A DNA stretch of 64,000 bases from OCS116 cluster bacterium AG-390-A19 (GCA_003278145.1 QCGV01000003.1:28385-92384); one strand, 5' to 3'; counted from the stretch's first letter, positions 1-10,740 are shown. Made by a program: numbers and translations. Notes: generated from the sequence alone by a model not told the origin.

Positions 1-974
1 TTCTTATAACTAAAGTTTCTGGTGAAAATATGCGTATTTCACTTGGTATGAAGCAATTGCAGAATGATCCTTGGATTGAAGCTCAGGCAAATTACAGTGT
101 CGGTGAACGCTATAAAGGTAAAGTAACAAATATTGCTGATTATGGAGCTTTTGTTGAGCTCGATGGTGGAATTGAAGGATTAGTTCACGTTTCAGAAATG
201 AGCTGGGTTTCCAAAATGCAAAACCCTAATAAGTATGTTGAAAAGGATCAAGAAGTTGAGGTAATGGTTCTAGAAATCGACCCTGATAAAAAACGTTTAT
301 CTCTCGGTTTAAAACAATGTTTAGATAATCCATGGGAGGATTTTGCTCAAAAAAATCCTATTGGAACAAAATTAAGTGGCAAAATTCAAAATATTACTGA
401 TTTTGGCCTTTTCGTAAAAGTTAGTGATGAGCTTGATGGTCTTGTTCATATGTCAGACATTGATTGGAGAAAATCAGGAGCTGACGCTATAAAGGACTTT
501 GAGGTTGATCAAGAAATTGAGACTATAATTATTGATATTGATCCCTCTAAAGAAAGAATATCACTTGGAATTAAACAGCTTGATGACGATCCTATGGAGT
601 CTCTTGATCAGATTAAAAAAGGAAGTGTCGTAACTTGTACTGTAGTTTCCTCTCAAGCAGCTGGAATTGATGTTGAGATAGGTGACAAAATACCAGCTTT
701 TATTAAAAGGTCTGATTTATCAAAAGATAAATCTGAACAAATTCCTGAAAGATTTGATACCGGTCAAAAAGTTGATGCCAAAGTTACAAATTATGATCCT
801 AAATCTAGAAAAATATCACTATCAATTAGAGCTCTGGAAATATCAGACGAGAAAGAAGCCATCGAGCAATACGGATCTAAAGATTCTGGTGCATCTCTAG
901 GTGATATTCTTGGTGAGGCTTTGGATAAAAATTCATCTGAAAAAGATAGCGACGATGAGGGTGGTAATGATTAA
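1..974 (+). CDS. rpsA: 30S ribosomal protein S1, C-terminal part (5' end upstream of window)
   Basis: The frame of tracked ORF 30..974 stays open back to base 3, so the gene starts upstream of the window. It has repeated S1/OB modules ([20 protein letters not shown]; [22 protein letters not shown]) and an acidic tail. Stop TAA is at 972-974. Confidence 0.9.
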   Translation, partial: LITKVSGENMRISLGMKQLQNDPWIEAQANYSVGERYKGKVTNIADYGAFVELDGGIEGLVHVSEMSWVSKMQNPNKYVEKDQEVEVMVLEIDPDKKRLSLGLKQCLDNPWEDFAQKNPIGTKLSGKIQNITDFGLFVKVSDELDGLVHMSDIDWRKSGADAIKDFEVDQEIETIIIDIDPSKERISLGIKQLDDDPMESLDQIKKGSVVTCTVVSSQAAGIDVEIGDKIPAFIKRSDLSKDKSEQIPERFDTGQKVDAKVTNYDPKSRKISLSIRALEISDEKEAIEQYGSKDSGASLGDILGEALDKNSSEKDSDDEGGND

Positions 975-1251
975 ATCTTCTTTGGTTAAAAAACTTTTAA
1001 AGAATAATCCTCATCTAATTCAAAAGGATATTGAGATAATTGTTGATACCGTTCTTGAAAATATTGGTGAAACATTATCAAGTAATGGAAGGGTTGAGAT
1101 TAGAGGTTTTGGAACTTTTTCTGTAAGGCATAGAAGCGCCCGTAATGGAAGGAACCCAAGAACTGGGGAGGCTGTAGTAGTTCCAGCTAAGAATGTTCCA
1201 ATGTTTAAGCCAGGCAAAGGTGTGAGGGATAGACTTAACTATAAATCTTAA
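967..1251 (+). CDS. ihfB: Integration host factor beta subunit (HU/IHF family)
   Basis: Tracked ORF 901..1251 is trimmed to ATG 967, because the upstream part lies inside rpsA (8-nt overlap with the rpsA stop). It carries the IHF/HU signature [44 protein letters not shown]. rpsA-ihfB adjacency is typical of alphaproteobacteria. Confidence 0.85.
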   Translation: MIKSSLVKKLLKNNPHLIQKDIEIIVDTVLENIGETLSSNGRVEIRGFGTFSVRHRSARNGRNPRTGEAVVVPAKNVPMFKPGKGVRDRLNYKS

Positions 1252-1294
1252 TTCATTCTAATTAGTTTATCTATTTAAACTACAAGGAGAAAAA

Positions 1295-2014
1295 ATGAAT
1301 AAGATATTCAAAAATCCCATTATTCTTGCTTTAGATGTAAATTCACTTACAAAAGCACTGTCAATTGTTTCAGATTTGAAGGATCATATTGGCGGAGTAA
1401 AGCTTGGCATGGAATTTTTTAATTCTTTTGGACCTGATGGAGTGAGAAAGGTTTCGAAGTTTGATATTCCAATCTTCTTAGATTTGAAACTGCATGATAT
1501 TCCTGTGACGGTTTATAAAACAGTAAAAACACTTATGGATTTGGATATTACCATAATTAATGTTCATTCTTCTGGTGGAAAAGATATGCTGGAAGCTGCC
1601 GTAAAGGCAAGAAATGAATCTGATAATAAATCAACCAAACTAATTGCGGTGACAGTTTTAACAAGCTTAGATGATAAAGATATAAAAGAAATTGGTTACA
1701 AAGAAAAAAGTGAAGATCTTGTTCTTAGGCTTGCATCTTTAGCCAAAGAGTCTGGACTGGACGGGATCGTTTGTTCTGCAAGAGAAATTTCACTAATAAA
1801 AAGAAAACTTGGAGAAGATTTCATACTGGTTGTTCCAGGAATTAGACTTGATGAAGATAATAAAAACGATCAAAAAAGAATAATGAGTCCGAAAAATGCT
1901 ATCGATGAAGGGGCTGATTTATTGGTAATAGGTAGACCAATAACTGAGTCAAATGATCCAATAAATACTATTAATAAAATTCTTAAAAATATAAAAAATG
2001 ACACTAAAAATTAA
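1295..2014 (+). CDS. pyrF: Orotidine 5'-phosphate decarboxylase
   Basis: It has ILALDV near the N-terminus, the catalytic FLDLKLHDIP motif and the C-terminal VIGRPIT motif. An AAGGAG RBS sits upstream of the ATG. Confidence 0.9.
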   Translation: MNKIFKNPIILALDVNSLTKALSIVSDLKDHIGGVKLGMEFFNSFGPDGVRKVSKFDIPIFLDLKLHDIPVTVYKTVKTLMDLDITIINVHSSGGKDMLEAAVKARNESDNKSTKLIAVTVLTSLDDKDIKEIGYKEKSEDLVLRLASLAKESGLDGIVCSAREISLIKRKLGEDFILVVPGIRLDEDNKNDQKRIMSPKNAIDEGADLLVIGRPITESNDPINTINKILKNIKNDTKN

Positions 2015-2657
2015 AATTTGTGGTTTATCATCTCTAGAGCAAATAGAGATGGTTAGAGCCTCTGGAGCTGAGATTTGTGGTTTCATCTTTGCTAATCCCA
2101 GCCCTAGAGTGATTGAACCAGAATATGCTGTTAGAAATTCATTTTCCAGGGCAGCAAGCGATATTGATAGAGTAGCTGTTTTTGTAAATGCTGATGATAA
2201 TTATATTGAGCGTTGTATTTCTTCTGTGGATGCAAATTTCATTCAATTGCATGGAGATGAGTCAATTGAAAGATGTTCCGAGATAAAAAGTACTTTTGGT
2301 TTGCCTGTAATTAAATCTTTTGGAGTATCAAGTGTATTAGATCTAGCCACAGCTTTAAAGTATTCTGATATAGTAGATTATTTCCTCTTTGATGCAAAAC
2401 CTGATAATGATCTATATGCACAAAGAGGTGGGCTTAATAAAACATTTGATTGGTCGATCTTGAAGAATTGGACAGGTGGAAACTATTACTTATCAGGTGG
2501 ATTAAATGAAAATAATATAAATGATGCAGTTAATTCTTCTAATGCTTCTGTAATAGATGTTTCCTCAGGTGTTGAAAGTGAGCCAGGCTTAAAAGATAAG
2601 AAAAAAATAGAGAATTTTGTTAAATTAACCAGACTAGCTTATGAAAAGAAATTATGA
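1998..2657 (+). CDS. trpF: Phosphoribosylanthranilate isomerase
   Basis: It starts with KICGL and has a PRAI-like length. It overlaps pyrF by 17 nt and trpB by 4 nt, giving a trpF-trpB-trpA operon context. Confidence 0.85.
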   Translation: MTLKIKICGLSSLEQIEMVRASGAEICGFIFANPSPRVIEPEYAVRNSFSRAASDIDRVAVFVNADDNYIERCISSVDANFIQLHGDESIERCSEIKSTFGLPVIKSFGVSSVLDLATALKYSDIVDYFLFDAKPDNDLYAQRGGLNKTFDWSILKNWTGGNYYLSGGLNENNINDAVNSSNASVIDVSSGVESEPGLKDKKKIENFVKLTRLAYEKKL

Positions 2658-3859
2658 CTAAAAATACTTATAAAGATAAACCAGATGTTTCAGGAAATTT
2701 TGGTGACTTTGGAGGTCGCTATGTAGCAGAAACACTTATGCCTTTGATTTTGGATTTGGAGAAGGCTTATGACAGTGCAAAAAGTGATCCTTTATTTATC
2801 GAGGAAAGGCAGAGCTTTGCCAAGGATTATGTTGGAAGGGAGAGCCCTTTATATTTTGCAGAAAGACTTACTGATTATGCCGGAGGTGCAAAAATTTACT
2901 TTAAGCGTGATGAGTTAAATCATACAGGAAGTCATAAAATAAATAATTGCTTAGGCCAAATACTTCTAGCAAAAAGAATGGGTAAAACTAGAATTATTGC
3001 TGAGACTGGTGCTGGTCAACATGGGGTGGCAGTAGCAACAGTTTGTGCTCGTTTTGGACTACCCTGTGTTATTTACATGGGTAAAACTGATATTGAGAGA
3101 CAAAAGCCAAATGTTTTCAAAATAAAATTATTGGGAGGTGAAGTTATCCCAGTATCTTCAGGTAATGGAACCTTAAAAGATGCTATGAATGAAGCATTAA
3201 GAGATTGGGTTTCTAATGTTGATGATACTTTTTATATAATTGGAACAGCTGCCGGTCCTCATCCCTACCCTCAATTGGTCCGAGATTTTCAATCAGTAAT
3301 TGGAGAAGAAGCTAAAAAACAAATTAATATTAAAGAGGGAAGAAATCCTGATTTCTTAGTTGCATGTATAGGCGGCGGTTCAAATGCTTTAGGTTTATTT
3401 TATCCATTCCTTGATGATGATGTTAAAATGTATGGTGTAGAAGCTGCAGGAAGAGGTTTAGAGACAGAGGAGCACGCTGCATCTTTATCGAGAGGTAAGC
3501 CAGGTGTTCTCCACGGTAATAAAACTTATTTGCTTCAAAATAATGATGGTCAAATTACAGAAGGACATTCAATCTCTGCTGGGCTTGATTATCCAGGTAT
3601 TGGACCTGAGCACTCATGGTTAAAGGATATAAATAGGGTTGATTATGTATCTGCAACTGATGATGAGGCTTTAGATGCCTTTCAGATTTGTTCAAAGTTA
3701 GAAGGGATTATACCTGCTCTAGAACCCTCACATGCTTTGTCATTTACCCTAAAATTAGCAAAAAAACATCCTAAAGATAAAATAATAATCATGAATATGT
3801 GCGGTAGAGGCGATAAAGATGTATTTGCTATCGCGGATTTTTTAGGAATAGAAATATAA
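2654..3859 (+). CDS. trpB: Tryptophan synthase beta chain
   Basis: It carries the PLP-lysine motif HTGSHKINN, the GGGSNA loop and the [12 protein letters not shown] motif. Confidence 0.95.
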   Translation: MTKNTYKDKPDVSGNFGDFGGRYVAETLMPLILDLEKAYDSAKSDPLFIEERQSFAKDYVGRESPLYFAERLTDYAGGAKIYFKRDELNHTGSHKINNCLGQILLAKRMGKTRIIAETGAGQHGVAVATVCARFGLPCVIYMGKTDIERQKPNVFKIKLLGGEVIPVSSGNGTLKDAMNEALRDWVSNVDDTFYIIGTAAGPHPYPQLVRDFQSVIGEEAKKQINIKEGRNPDFLVACIGGGSNALGLFYPFLDDDVKMYGVEAAGRGLETEEHAASLSRGKPGVLHGNKTYLLQNNDGQITEGHSISAGLDYPGIGPEHSWLKDINRVDYVSATDDEALDAFQICSKLEGIIPALEPSHALSFTLKLAKKHPKDKIIIMNMCGRGDKDVFAIADFLGIEI

Positions 3860-4674
3860 TGGCATCGCGTATATCAAAAGTTTTTAAAGATCTTAGTTTA
3901 AATAATCGTTCTGCATTTATACCCTATATTACAGCTGGCGATCCTGATATGGAGCTTTCTCAATTGATACTTGAATCACTTCCCTTAGGAGGGGCGGATA
4001 TTATTGAAGTTGGCATGCCTTTCTCTGATCCAATGGCAGACGGACCCTCAATTCAAGAGTCTTCTTTACGATCTTTAAATAACGGTCATGACATGAACAA
4101 GACATTCAAGATGATAGAGGATTTTCGAATTAAGGATAATGAAACTCCAATTGTCTTAATGGGTTATTTTAATCCAATTCTTCAGTTTGGTATTAAATCT
4201 TTTATAAATAAATGCGATAAAATTGGTATTGATGGTTTAATTGTTGTCGATCTTCCTATAGAGCATAGTGATGAAATATGTATTCCGGCTCAAGAGTCAG
4301 GAATAGATTTTATAAACTTTATCACTCCAACTACTGATAAGGACAGATTATTGAAAATTTTGAAGGTAAGCTCAGGTTTTCTTTATTTTGTATCAATAGC
4401 TGGTATTACTGGAACAAAAGCACCAAATAATAAAATTATCAAAGAAATGATAAAAGAAGTTAAAAAGAGTACTGACCTACCAGTTGGTGTAGGTTTTGGT
4501 ATTAAAAATTCAGATCAGGTTAGAGAAATTTCTAATTTTTCCGATGCTATTGTTGTTGGATCCGCAATAGTAAATGAAATCAATTCATTAAAAATTAAAA
4601 ATTTAGATAATGATTTGATAGTAAAAAATATGATAGATTTTTTATTAGAACTATCACATCCTTTGAAAGGTTAG
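3859..4674 (+). CDS. trpA: Tryptophan synthase alpha chain
   Basis: It has the YITAGDP and EVGMPFSDPMADGP signatures. Its ATG overlaps the trpB stop (TAATG). Confidence 0.95.
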   Translation: MASRISKVFKDLSLNNRSAFIPYITAGDPDMELSQLILESLPLGGADIIEVGMPFSDPMADGPSIQESSLRSLNNGHDMNKTFKMIEDFRIKDNETPIVLMGYFNPILQFGIKSFINKCDKIGIDGLIVVDLPIEHSDEICIPAQESGIDFINFITPTTDKDRLLKILKVSSGFLYFVSIAGITGTKAPNNKIIKEMIKEVKKSTDLPVGVGFGIKNSDQVREISNFSDAIVVGSAIVNEINSLKIKNLDNDLIVKNMIDFLLELSHPLKG

Positions 4675-4684
4675 GGAGTTTTTA

Positions 4685-5539
4685 TTGAATTGGTTTAAAA
4701 ACATTGTTCCGCCAGGAATTAAAAAAATTTTTAAAAAAAGAGAGGTTCCCGATAATCTTTGGTTGAAATGTCCAGCCTGCGATTCAATGATTTTTCATAC
4801 TGATGCTGAAGAGAGTCTTTTCGTATGTCCAGAATGTGACTTTCATCTAAAAGTATCAGCGGAAACAAGATTTTCTCAATTATTTGACGAGGGTTCAATT
4901 TCATATATTGACTGTCCTGATGTCCCTGAAGACCCGTTAAAGTTTAGAGATCAAAAAAAATATATTGATCGCATTAAAGATGCTAGGTCAAAAACAGGAA
5001 AAAAAGATTCAGTTTTAATTGGATCAGGTGCAATTAATTCAACGAATGTTGTAATGGCTGTTCATGACTTTTCTTTTATGGGTGGTTCTTTAGGAATGGC
5101 CGCAGGTGAAAGTATTATTTTAGCAATAGAAACAGCCCTTAATAAAAAATATCCATTTATTTTATGTGCTTCATCTGGTGGTGCAAGAATGCAGGAGGGA
5201 ATTTTATCATTGATGCAAATGCCTAGGACGACAGTAATGCTTCAATCTCTTAGAGAAGAGAAGTTGCCTTATATTGTAATATTGACAAACCCTACTACAG
5301 GAGGAGTTACAGCATCTTATGCAATGTTAGGAGATATTCATATCGCAGAGCCAAAAGCTCTAATTGGATTTGCTGGACCAAGAGTTATCGGCAATACAAT
5401 TAATGAAAGTTTACCAGATGGTTTTCAGAAATCTGAGTATCTTTTAGATCATGGTATGGTTGATATGGTTGTCCATAGAAAGGATTTAAAATCAACTGTT
5501 TCCAAAATAATTAATATCTTAATAAATGAAAAAGATTAG
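4685..5539 (+). CDS. accD: Acetyl-CoA carboxylase carboxyltransferase beta subunit
   Basis: It has an N-terminal Cys4 zinc ribbon (CPACDS..CPECDFH) and the carboxyltransferase motif SSGGARMQEG. The start is TTG, preceded by an AGGGAG RBS. Confidence 0.9.
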   Translation: MNWFKNIVPPGIKKIFKKREVPDNLWLKCPACDSMIFHTDAEESLFVCPECDFHLKVSAETRFSQLFDEGSISYIDCPDVPEDPLKFRDQKKYIDRIKDARSKTGKKDSVLIGSGAINSTNVVMAVHDFSFMGGSLGMAAGESIILAIETALNKKYPFILCASSGGARMQEGILSLMQMPRTTVMLQSLREEKLPYIVILTNPTTGGVTASYAMLGDIHIAEPKALIGFAGPRVIGNTINESLPDGFQKSEYLLDHGMVDMVVHRKDLKSTVSKIINILINEKD

Positions 5540-5557
5540 TTTTATATTTTATTAAAA

Positions 5558-6832
5558 ATGATTATTAACGATTATTTTTATGAAAAATTTATAAAAAATC
5601 CTGAAAAGGGTACAAAGAGAATCCTAAATTTTCTATCAAAAATCGGCCACCCACAAAAAAAAATAAATAATATTGTTCATGTTACAGGAACCAATGGTAA
5701 AGGTTCAACTATTGAATTTATAAGGTCATGTTTGAATGCGAATAAATTAACTTCAAATATTTTTACATCACCGCATTTACTGAGAGTAAATGAAAGATTC
5801 ATTATTCAAAATAAAGTAATTGGTGATAACTTATTATCATCGGTTATAGAGAAATGTAATGAGTTTTATTCAGATCAAGAACTTTCTTTTTTTGAGTTTT
5901 TTACTGTATGTGCTTTTGAATTATTCTCTAAAAATCTCTCTGACTTTAATATTTTTGAGGTCGGGATTGGGGGGCAGCATGATCCAACAAATGTTATGGC
6001 TAAAAAAGATCTTAGTATTATAACAACAATTTCCTATGATCATGAGGAGCTTCTTGGAAATGATTTAGAAATGATTGCTTGTGAGAAGTTGGGTATTATT
6101 CCTGAAGGTGGTTTAGCAATTTTTGGACCGCAAGATAATTCTATAAAGCATCTTATTAATAAATATCTTATTGAGAAAAATGCTAGAGGTTTCTTTTATG
6201 AAAAGGACTGGTTTATCGAAAGAGATGATAATTCGATAATTTATAGAGATGAAGGAGGAAAACTCGAATTTGAGTTATTGGGATTAAATGGCGGATTTCA
6301 GATTTTTAATGCTGGTCTCTGCATTGCATCTCTAAGATTATTGAAAAGATATAATAAAATAGAGATAGACGATGAAACAATTATTACGGGTTTGAGGAGT
6401 GCTAAATTAAATGGCAGGTTATCAAAATTAACTGGAAATACAAACAGTTGGATAACAAATGATTCTGAGATTTTAATTGATGGATGTCATAATCCTTCTG
6501 CTGCAAAAGTTATTAGAAATGAAATGATTGAAGCTAACATAAATAATAAAAAGAACTTATTAATTATTTTGGGGCTTAAAAAAAATAAAAAATTAGAGAA
6601 CTTTCTCGTGAACTTTAGAGATATCGCAAAAGAAATTACAATTGTTCCAATAAAAGGAAGTGACTCCGCATCTCTTTTAGATCTTAAAAATATAAATTTA
6701 TTTGAAAATACTATTCTAAAAGAAGCCTCGTCACTCAAAGAGGCAATTAATAGTTACTCCAAGTATCAAAATTCTAGGATATTAATTTGTGGTTCTTTAT
6801 ATTTAGTATCTGAAGCTTTGAGTATCGACTAG
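5558..6832 (+). CDS. folC: Dihydrofolate synthase / folylpolyglutamate synthase
   Basis: It has the Mur-ligase P-loop VTGTNGKGST and a DGCHNP motif. accD-folC adjacency is conserved in proteobacteria. Confidence 0.85.
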   Translation: MIINDYFYEKFIKNPEKGTKRILNFLSKIGHPQKKINNIVHVTGTNGKGSTIEFIRSCLNANKLTSNIFTSPHLLRVNERFIIQNKVIGDNLLSSVIEKCNEFYSDQELSFFEFFTVCAFELFSKNLSDFNIFEVGIGGQHDPTNVMAKKDLSIITTISYDHEELLGNDLEMIACEKLGIIPEGGLAIFGPQDNSIKHLINKYLIEKNARGFFYEKDWFIERDDNSIIYRDEGGKLEFELLGLNGGFQIFNAGLCIASLRLLKRYNKIEIDDETIITGLRSAKLNGRLSKLTGNTNSWITNDSEILIDGCHNPSAAKVIRNEMIEANINNKKNLLIILGLKKNKKLENFLVNFRDIAKEITIVPIKGSDSASLLDLKNINLFENTILKEASSLKEAINSYSKYQNSRILICGSLYLVSEALSID

Positions 6833-7149
6833 CTATTACTTTTTATCCAATCTTTTAGTTCTTGTCTTGGTAAAGCGCCAACTTTGGTATCTTTAAGCTC
6901 ACCATTTGAAAATAGCATAAGAGTAGGAATACTTCTTACACCATAATTAGTTGGCGTCCTTGGGTTTTCATCAATATTTACTTTTGCAATGGTAATTTTG
7001 AAATCAGCATCAGATGCTATTTCTTCTAATATTGGACTTACCTGTTTACATGGCCCACACCATTCTGCCCAAAAATCGACAAGGCATAATCCCTCACCTT
7101 CAATAATAGTACTTTGGAATTCCTCATCTGTAACATTAATTAAACTCAT
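6829..7149 (-). CDS. trxA: Thioredoxin
   Basis: It has the WAEWCGPCK active site. The tracked TTG start at 7161 is trimmed to ATG 7149, which is preceded by GGAG. Confidence 0.9.
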   Translation of the reverse strand: MSLINVTDEEFQSTIIEGEGLCLVDFWAEWCGPCKQVSPILEEIASDADFKITIAKVNIDENPRTPTNYGVRSIPTLMLFSNGELKDTKVGALPRQELKDWIKSNS

Positions 7150-7211
7150 TATTATCTCCAAGAATCAATAATATTAAGCTAAGAAAGTACCTCCATTGAT
7201 GCAAGTATTTT

Positions 7212-8639
7212 TTATTTTAATTGTTCATTTAAATCTAAAAGATATTCTTTATATCCTTTTAGGCAGTCCAAATCTAATTCAGAATTCTCTTCTAAATTTT
7301 CTTCCATTTCACATTTTCTAATATTTTCTAGTGCTGTAGGAATTGTCATCCATGTTTTTCCAGAATCAAATCCTTTTGTTGGTCTTTGATCAGGTCCAAT
7401 ACTCATCCATCTCTCTTTGATGAATTCTTCGATTACTCTATACGCATTATCATCAAGAACCTCAGGTGCATTATCAAAAATTATTCTTTTAGCTATTCTT
7501 TTCGATCTTGCATCTTTAAATTTTATTTGAACTTTTTCATCCCAAGTTTCTGCTCTATGAAAAGCATCCCATGATACTAAATCCTGTCTTGCCGGAAAAC
7601 CAAATCTTGTCTTTTCAAGATATCTCTCATCTTTATCAGGCCAAATTTGAAGATCTGATAAATACTCATTTATTAAATTTTTAATTTCTAATAAATCTGA
7701 ATCGCTAGGTAAATTATATTTTATTGGTAAATCAAACCAGCTAGCATCAAGAATAATCCCTCCAGTTTTTATATATGAAGAATGTAACCACTCGGGTAGT
7801 GTCTTAGAATTTCCAGAACCAACCCTTATTATTTGTTTCTTATGTTTTTCCTGTAAGCCACCAACTTTTTCATATTTTTCAAGATCTATTGAGAAATAAT
7901 TATCTCTATCACGTTCGTATACTGGCAACATAGGAAACATTTGTTTTTTATCTTGGTAATATCTTATCCAGACTGCCTTTTTACTAAAAATATCTTCTCG
8001 TGCAAATTTACTAAACATTCTTGTTCGTAAACCCCAAAACTCCGGTGCCTCAGATTTAATTTTCTGTAATAATCTTGATGTTGCAATAATATCACTTTCA
8101 GCAACATGCCATGTTAATTCGTCATCATCTGTAAAATTCTCTTTATAGACATTTTCAAGCTTATGACTGTTGTAAATACCCTTTTTACCTCTTCTTTCTC
8201 CCTCTATTTTCGGTATTTTTATAACCTTAGGATAGAGTATCGATGCAATTGAGATAAATGGCATAGCATCACAAACAATTTTATCCTTATAAAGATATGG
8301 ACTTCTTCCTGTATTGAAGAGGCTTTCCTCAAGAACGCCTTTATCATAACTATAATTATACGCCCAAATTATATCATAGCTGAGCAAATCATCGAGAATA
8401 GAAGGCATTATTTCATAAAGTGATGGATGATCTTCTTTTGTTTTTTTCCAATTTGTATTTGTTTTGTAAAGAGCTATTGGGCCAGGAAGCTCATAATGAG
8501 GTAACCTCATATTATAGGTATTACAAATACTTTCATTATCATTATCAATAATAGCTATTTGGTGAGGATATCTAAATCCATCATTTAATCCATTTGCCTC
8601 CCAATCAAAAACGCATTCTCTTTCATCCATTATGATCAC
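7212..8639 (-). CDS. Exodeoxyribonuclease I-like DEDDh 3'-5' exonuclease
   Basis: The three Exo motifs are present: FDWEANG (DxE), AYNYSYDKGVLE and HVAESDIIATSRLL (H-x4-D). The 475-aa length equals E. coli SbcB. The C-terminal helical region (KRIAKRIIFDNAPEVLDD..) resembles the ExoI C-domain. The assignment is by eye only. Confidence 0.55.
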   Translation of the reverse strand: MIIMDERECVFDWEANGLNDGFRYPHQIAIIDNDNESICNTYNMRLPHYELPGPIALYKTNTNWKKTKEDHPSLYEIMPSILDDLLSYDIIWAYNYSYDKGVLEESLFNTGRSPYLYKDKIVCDAMPFISIASILYPKVIKIPKIEGERRGKKGIYNSHKLENVYKENFTDDDELTWHVAESDIIATSRLLQKIKSEAPEFWGLRTRMFSKFAREDIFSKKAVWIRYYQDKKQMFPMLPVYERDRDNYFSIDLEKYEKVGGLQEKHKKQIIRVGSGNSKTLPEWLHSSYIKTGGIILDASWFDLPIKYNLPSDSDLLEIKNLINEYLSDLQIWPDKDERYLEKTRFGFPARQDLVSWDAFHRAETWDEKVQIKFKDARSKRIAKRIIFDNAPEVLDDNAYRVIEEFIKERWMSIGPDQRPTKGFDSGKTWMTIPTALENIRKCEMEENLEENSELDLDCLKGYKEYLLDLNEQLK

Positions 8640-9102
8640 TCTTTATTAAGTTTATTCTTTTTTTCCATCCTCTAATATTTGTCAATTCAATAGATTTTTT
8701 TTCATTAATATTTTTAAATTTAATTTCCAATGTATCATTTTCATAAAAATTTTTAATTTTTCCCGGCCACTCAATTAAAACTGGACCTCGCTCTAAAATA
8801 TTATCAATTCCTAATGCTTCTAGTTCATTAGAGCTTTTTATACGATAGAGATCAGCATGACCTAAAATAAATTGCTTACAATTATACTCTTGAACCAAAG
8901 TAAATGTAGGGGAAGGAATTTCTATTCCTTTATATTTTTCTTCAAGTAAATTAGAAATTATTGATCGAGCTAAAAAGGTTTTTCCAGATCCCATTTCTCC
9001 TTCTAAGAGAATAATATCACCAATCTTTATTAATTCTGATAAGGCAATTCCAAGGCTCTGGGTTGTACTTTCATTATCTAAATTTACAATTAATTCAGGC
9101 AT
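8623..9102 (-). CDS. tsaE: tRNA t6A37 biosynthesis ATPase TsaE (YjeE)
   Basis: It has the Walker A motif GEMGSGKTFLAR, the PSPTFTLVQEY motif and HADLYR. The protein is 159 aa. Confidence 0.8.
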   Translation of the reverse strand: MPELIVNLDNESTTQSLGIALSELIKIGDIILLEGEMGSGKTFLARSIISNLLEEKYKGIEIPSPTFTLVQEYNCKQFILGHADLYRIKSSNELEALGIDNILERGPVLIEWPGKIKNFYENDTLEIKFKNINEKKSIELTNIRGWKKRINLIKSDHNG

Positions 9103-9175
9103 CTTTTTACTAACATTTATCCAGAAAACATATTAAAACAATTGTTATATTATAAACTTTTTTGATGATTCTAAA

Positions 9176-10399
9176 ATGAGTGAAAAAAAAATAGTTATTA
9201 TTGGTGGTGGACAAGCATCTTGTCAGGTTGCAACCTCATTAAGGCAAAAAAAATTTACAGGTGATATTAGTATCCTATCTTCAGAGTCATATCTTCCCTA
9301 TCAAAGACCTCCATTATCTAAAAAATATCTATCAGGAGAACTTGCTGCTGAAAGATTATATTTAAAGCCTGAGAAGTTCTATGAAGAACAAAATATTAAT
9401 ATTATTTTGGACTCTTATGTTGAAGAAATAGATAGAAAAAATTCTCAATTAATTTTCTCAAAAGATAAAAATCATATCAGTTTTGATTATGATAATCTTG
9501 TTATTGCAACCGGTACTGAACCAAGGCTTATGCCCACCGATAATTCTGATATGGAAGGTGTTCATTATCTTAGATCTATCTCGGATGTTGAAAAGATCAA
9601 ATCTTCACTAAAAGACTCAAAAAATATGGTAATTATTGGAGGCGGATATATAGGGCTCGAAGTTGCGGCTGTTTCAAAGACATTAGGTTTGAATGTTACG
9701 GTAATTGAAATGGCTTCGCGAATTCTTGAGAGAGTTACTAGTCCAACTATTTCTTCATTCTATAATTCATTTCATGAGTCTAAAGGTGTGAAGATATTAA
9801 CCAGTACTTCAGTAAAGGGGATTAATGGAGATAAAAGGGTTTCTTCTGTTGAAACTTCATCAGGAACTATTGATGCTGATATTGTTATTGTTGGTATAGG
9901 CGTTCTACCTTGTCAGTCTTTAGCAGAAGATTCTGGTATAGCAGTAGATAATGGAATTATTGTTGATGAGTTCTGTAAAACTTCAGATGATAATATTTTT
10001 TCTGCTGGAGATTGCACGCTTCATCCGAGTACATTTTACAATAAAAATATTCGATTAGAGTCTGTTCATAATGCTATAGAGCAAGGAAAAACAGTTGCTT
10101 CATCGATTATTGGTGAAAAAATTGCATATAATCAAATACCTTGGTTTTGGTCAGATCAATATGAGTTAAAACTTCAAATTGCTGGGCTTAATAATGATTA
10201 TGATCATCATATAATAAGAGGAAATATAGATGAAAATAGTTTTTCAGTATTTTACTTTAAATCTGGTTATATGATTGCATCTGATTGCATAAACTCTGCT
10301 CAAGAGCACATGATGTCTAGAAAATTTATATCAGAAAAAACAAAAATTAATTTTGATAGTTTGCAAAATAAAGAAATTCCAATAAAAGAGGTTATGTAA
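9176..10399 (+). CDS. FAD/NAD(P)H-dependent ferredoxin reductase (putidaredoxin/rubredoxin reductase-like)
   Basis: It has two Rossmann dinucleotide motifs (IIGGGQAS; VIIGGGYIGLEVAA), a SAGDC motif and WFWSDQY. Confidence 0.8.
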   Translation: MSEKKIVIIGGGQASCQVATSLRQKKFTGDISILSSESYLPYQRPPLSKKYLSGELAAERLYLKPEKFYEEQNINIILDSYVEEIDRKNSQLIFSKDKNHISFDYDNLVIATGTEPRLMPTDNSDMEGVHYLRSISDVEKIKSSLKDSKNMVIIGGGYIGLEVAAVSKTLGLNVTVIEMASRILERVTSPTISSFYNSFHESKGVKILTSTSVKGINGDKRVSSVETSSGTIDADIVIVGIGVLPCQSLAEDSGIAVDNGIIVDEFCKTSDDNIFSAGDCTLHPSTFYNKNIRLESVHNAIEQGKTVASSIIGEKIAYNQIPWFWSDQYELKLQIAGLNNDYDHHIIRGNIDENSFSVFYFKSGYMIASDCINSAQEHMMSRKFISEKTKINFDSLQNKEIPIKEVM

Positions 10400-10419
10400 A
10401 AAAAAATTGGAGACTCACT

Positions 10420-10740
10420 TTGGTTAAATTAACTTATGTAGAAAGCAATGGAACTGAACATACTGTAGATGTTGATGAGGGCTTATCAATTATGGAGGGT
10501 GCTGTTTCAAACTCTATTCCTGGTATTGATGCTGATTGCGGAGGTGGTTGTGCCTGCGCAACATGTATGATTTTCGTTGATATTGAATGGAAAGAAAAAA
10601 TTAATCCAATGAGTGAAGAAGAGGAGTCCATGATTGATTTTCATGAATATAAGGACGAAAACTCAAGACTTTCTTGTCAAATTCCTGTTACAGCTGAAAT
10701 GGATGGTATGATTTTAAAGTTACCTGAATCTCAACAGTAA
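10420..10740 (+). CDS. 2Fe-2S ferredoxin, adrenodoxin/putidaredoxin type
   Basis: It has the cluster ligand pattern CGGGCACATC plus a distal LSCQI. The start is TTG with GGAG 8 nt upstream. It lies directly downstream of the reductase. Confidence 0.8.
   Translation: MVKLTYVESNGTEHTVDVDEGLSIMEGAVSNSIPGIDADCGGGCACATCMIFVDIEWKEKINPMSEEEESMIDFHEYKDENSRLSCQIPVTAEMDGMILKLPESQQ

Noticed and set aside
901-966. Several tracked ORFs have N-terminal extensions: ihfB from 901, trxA from 7161, the HAD gene from 28610, DUF805 from 55420, rpmF from 57714, pheS from 43310, queG from 47744, lptB from 54717 and TBDR-4 from 49882.
   Set aside because: The extensions overlap the upstream gene or lack an RBS. 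In each case an internal ATG with a GGAG-type RBS gives the N-terminus typical of the family.
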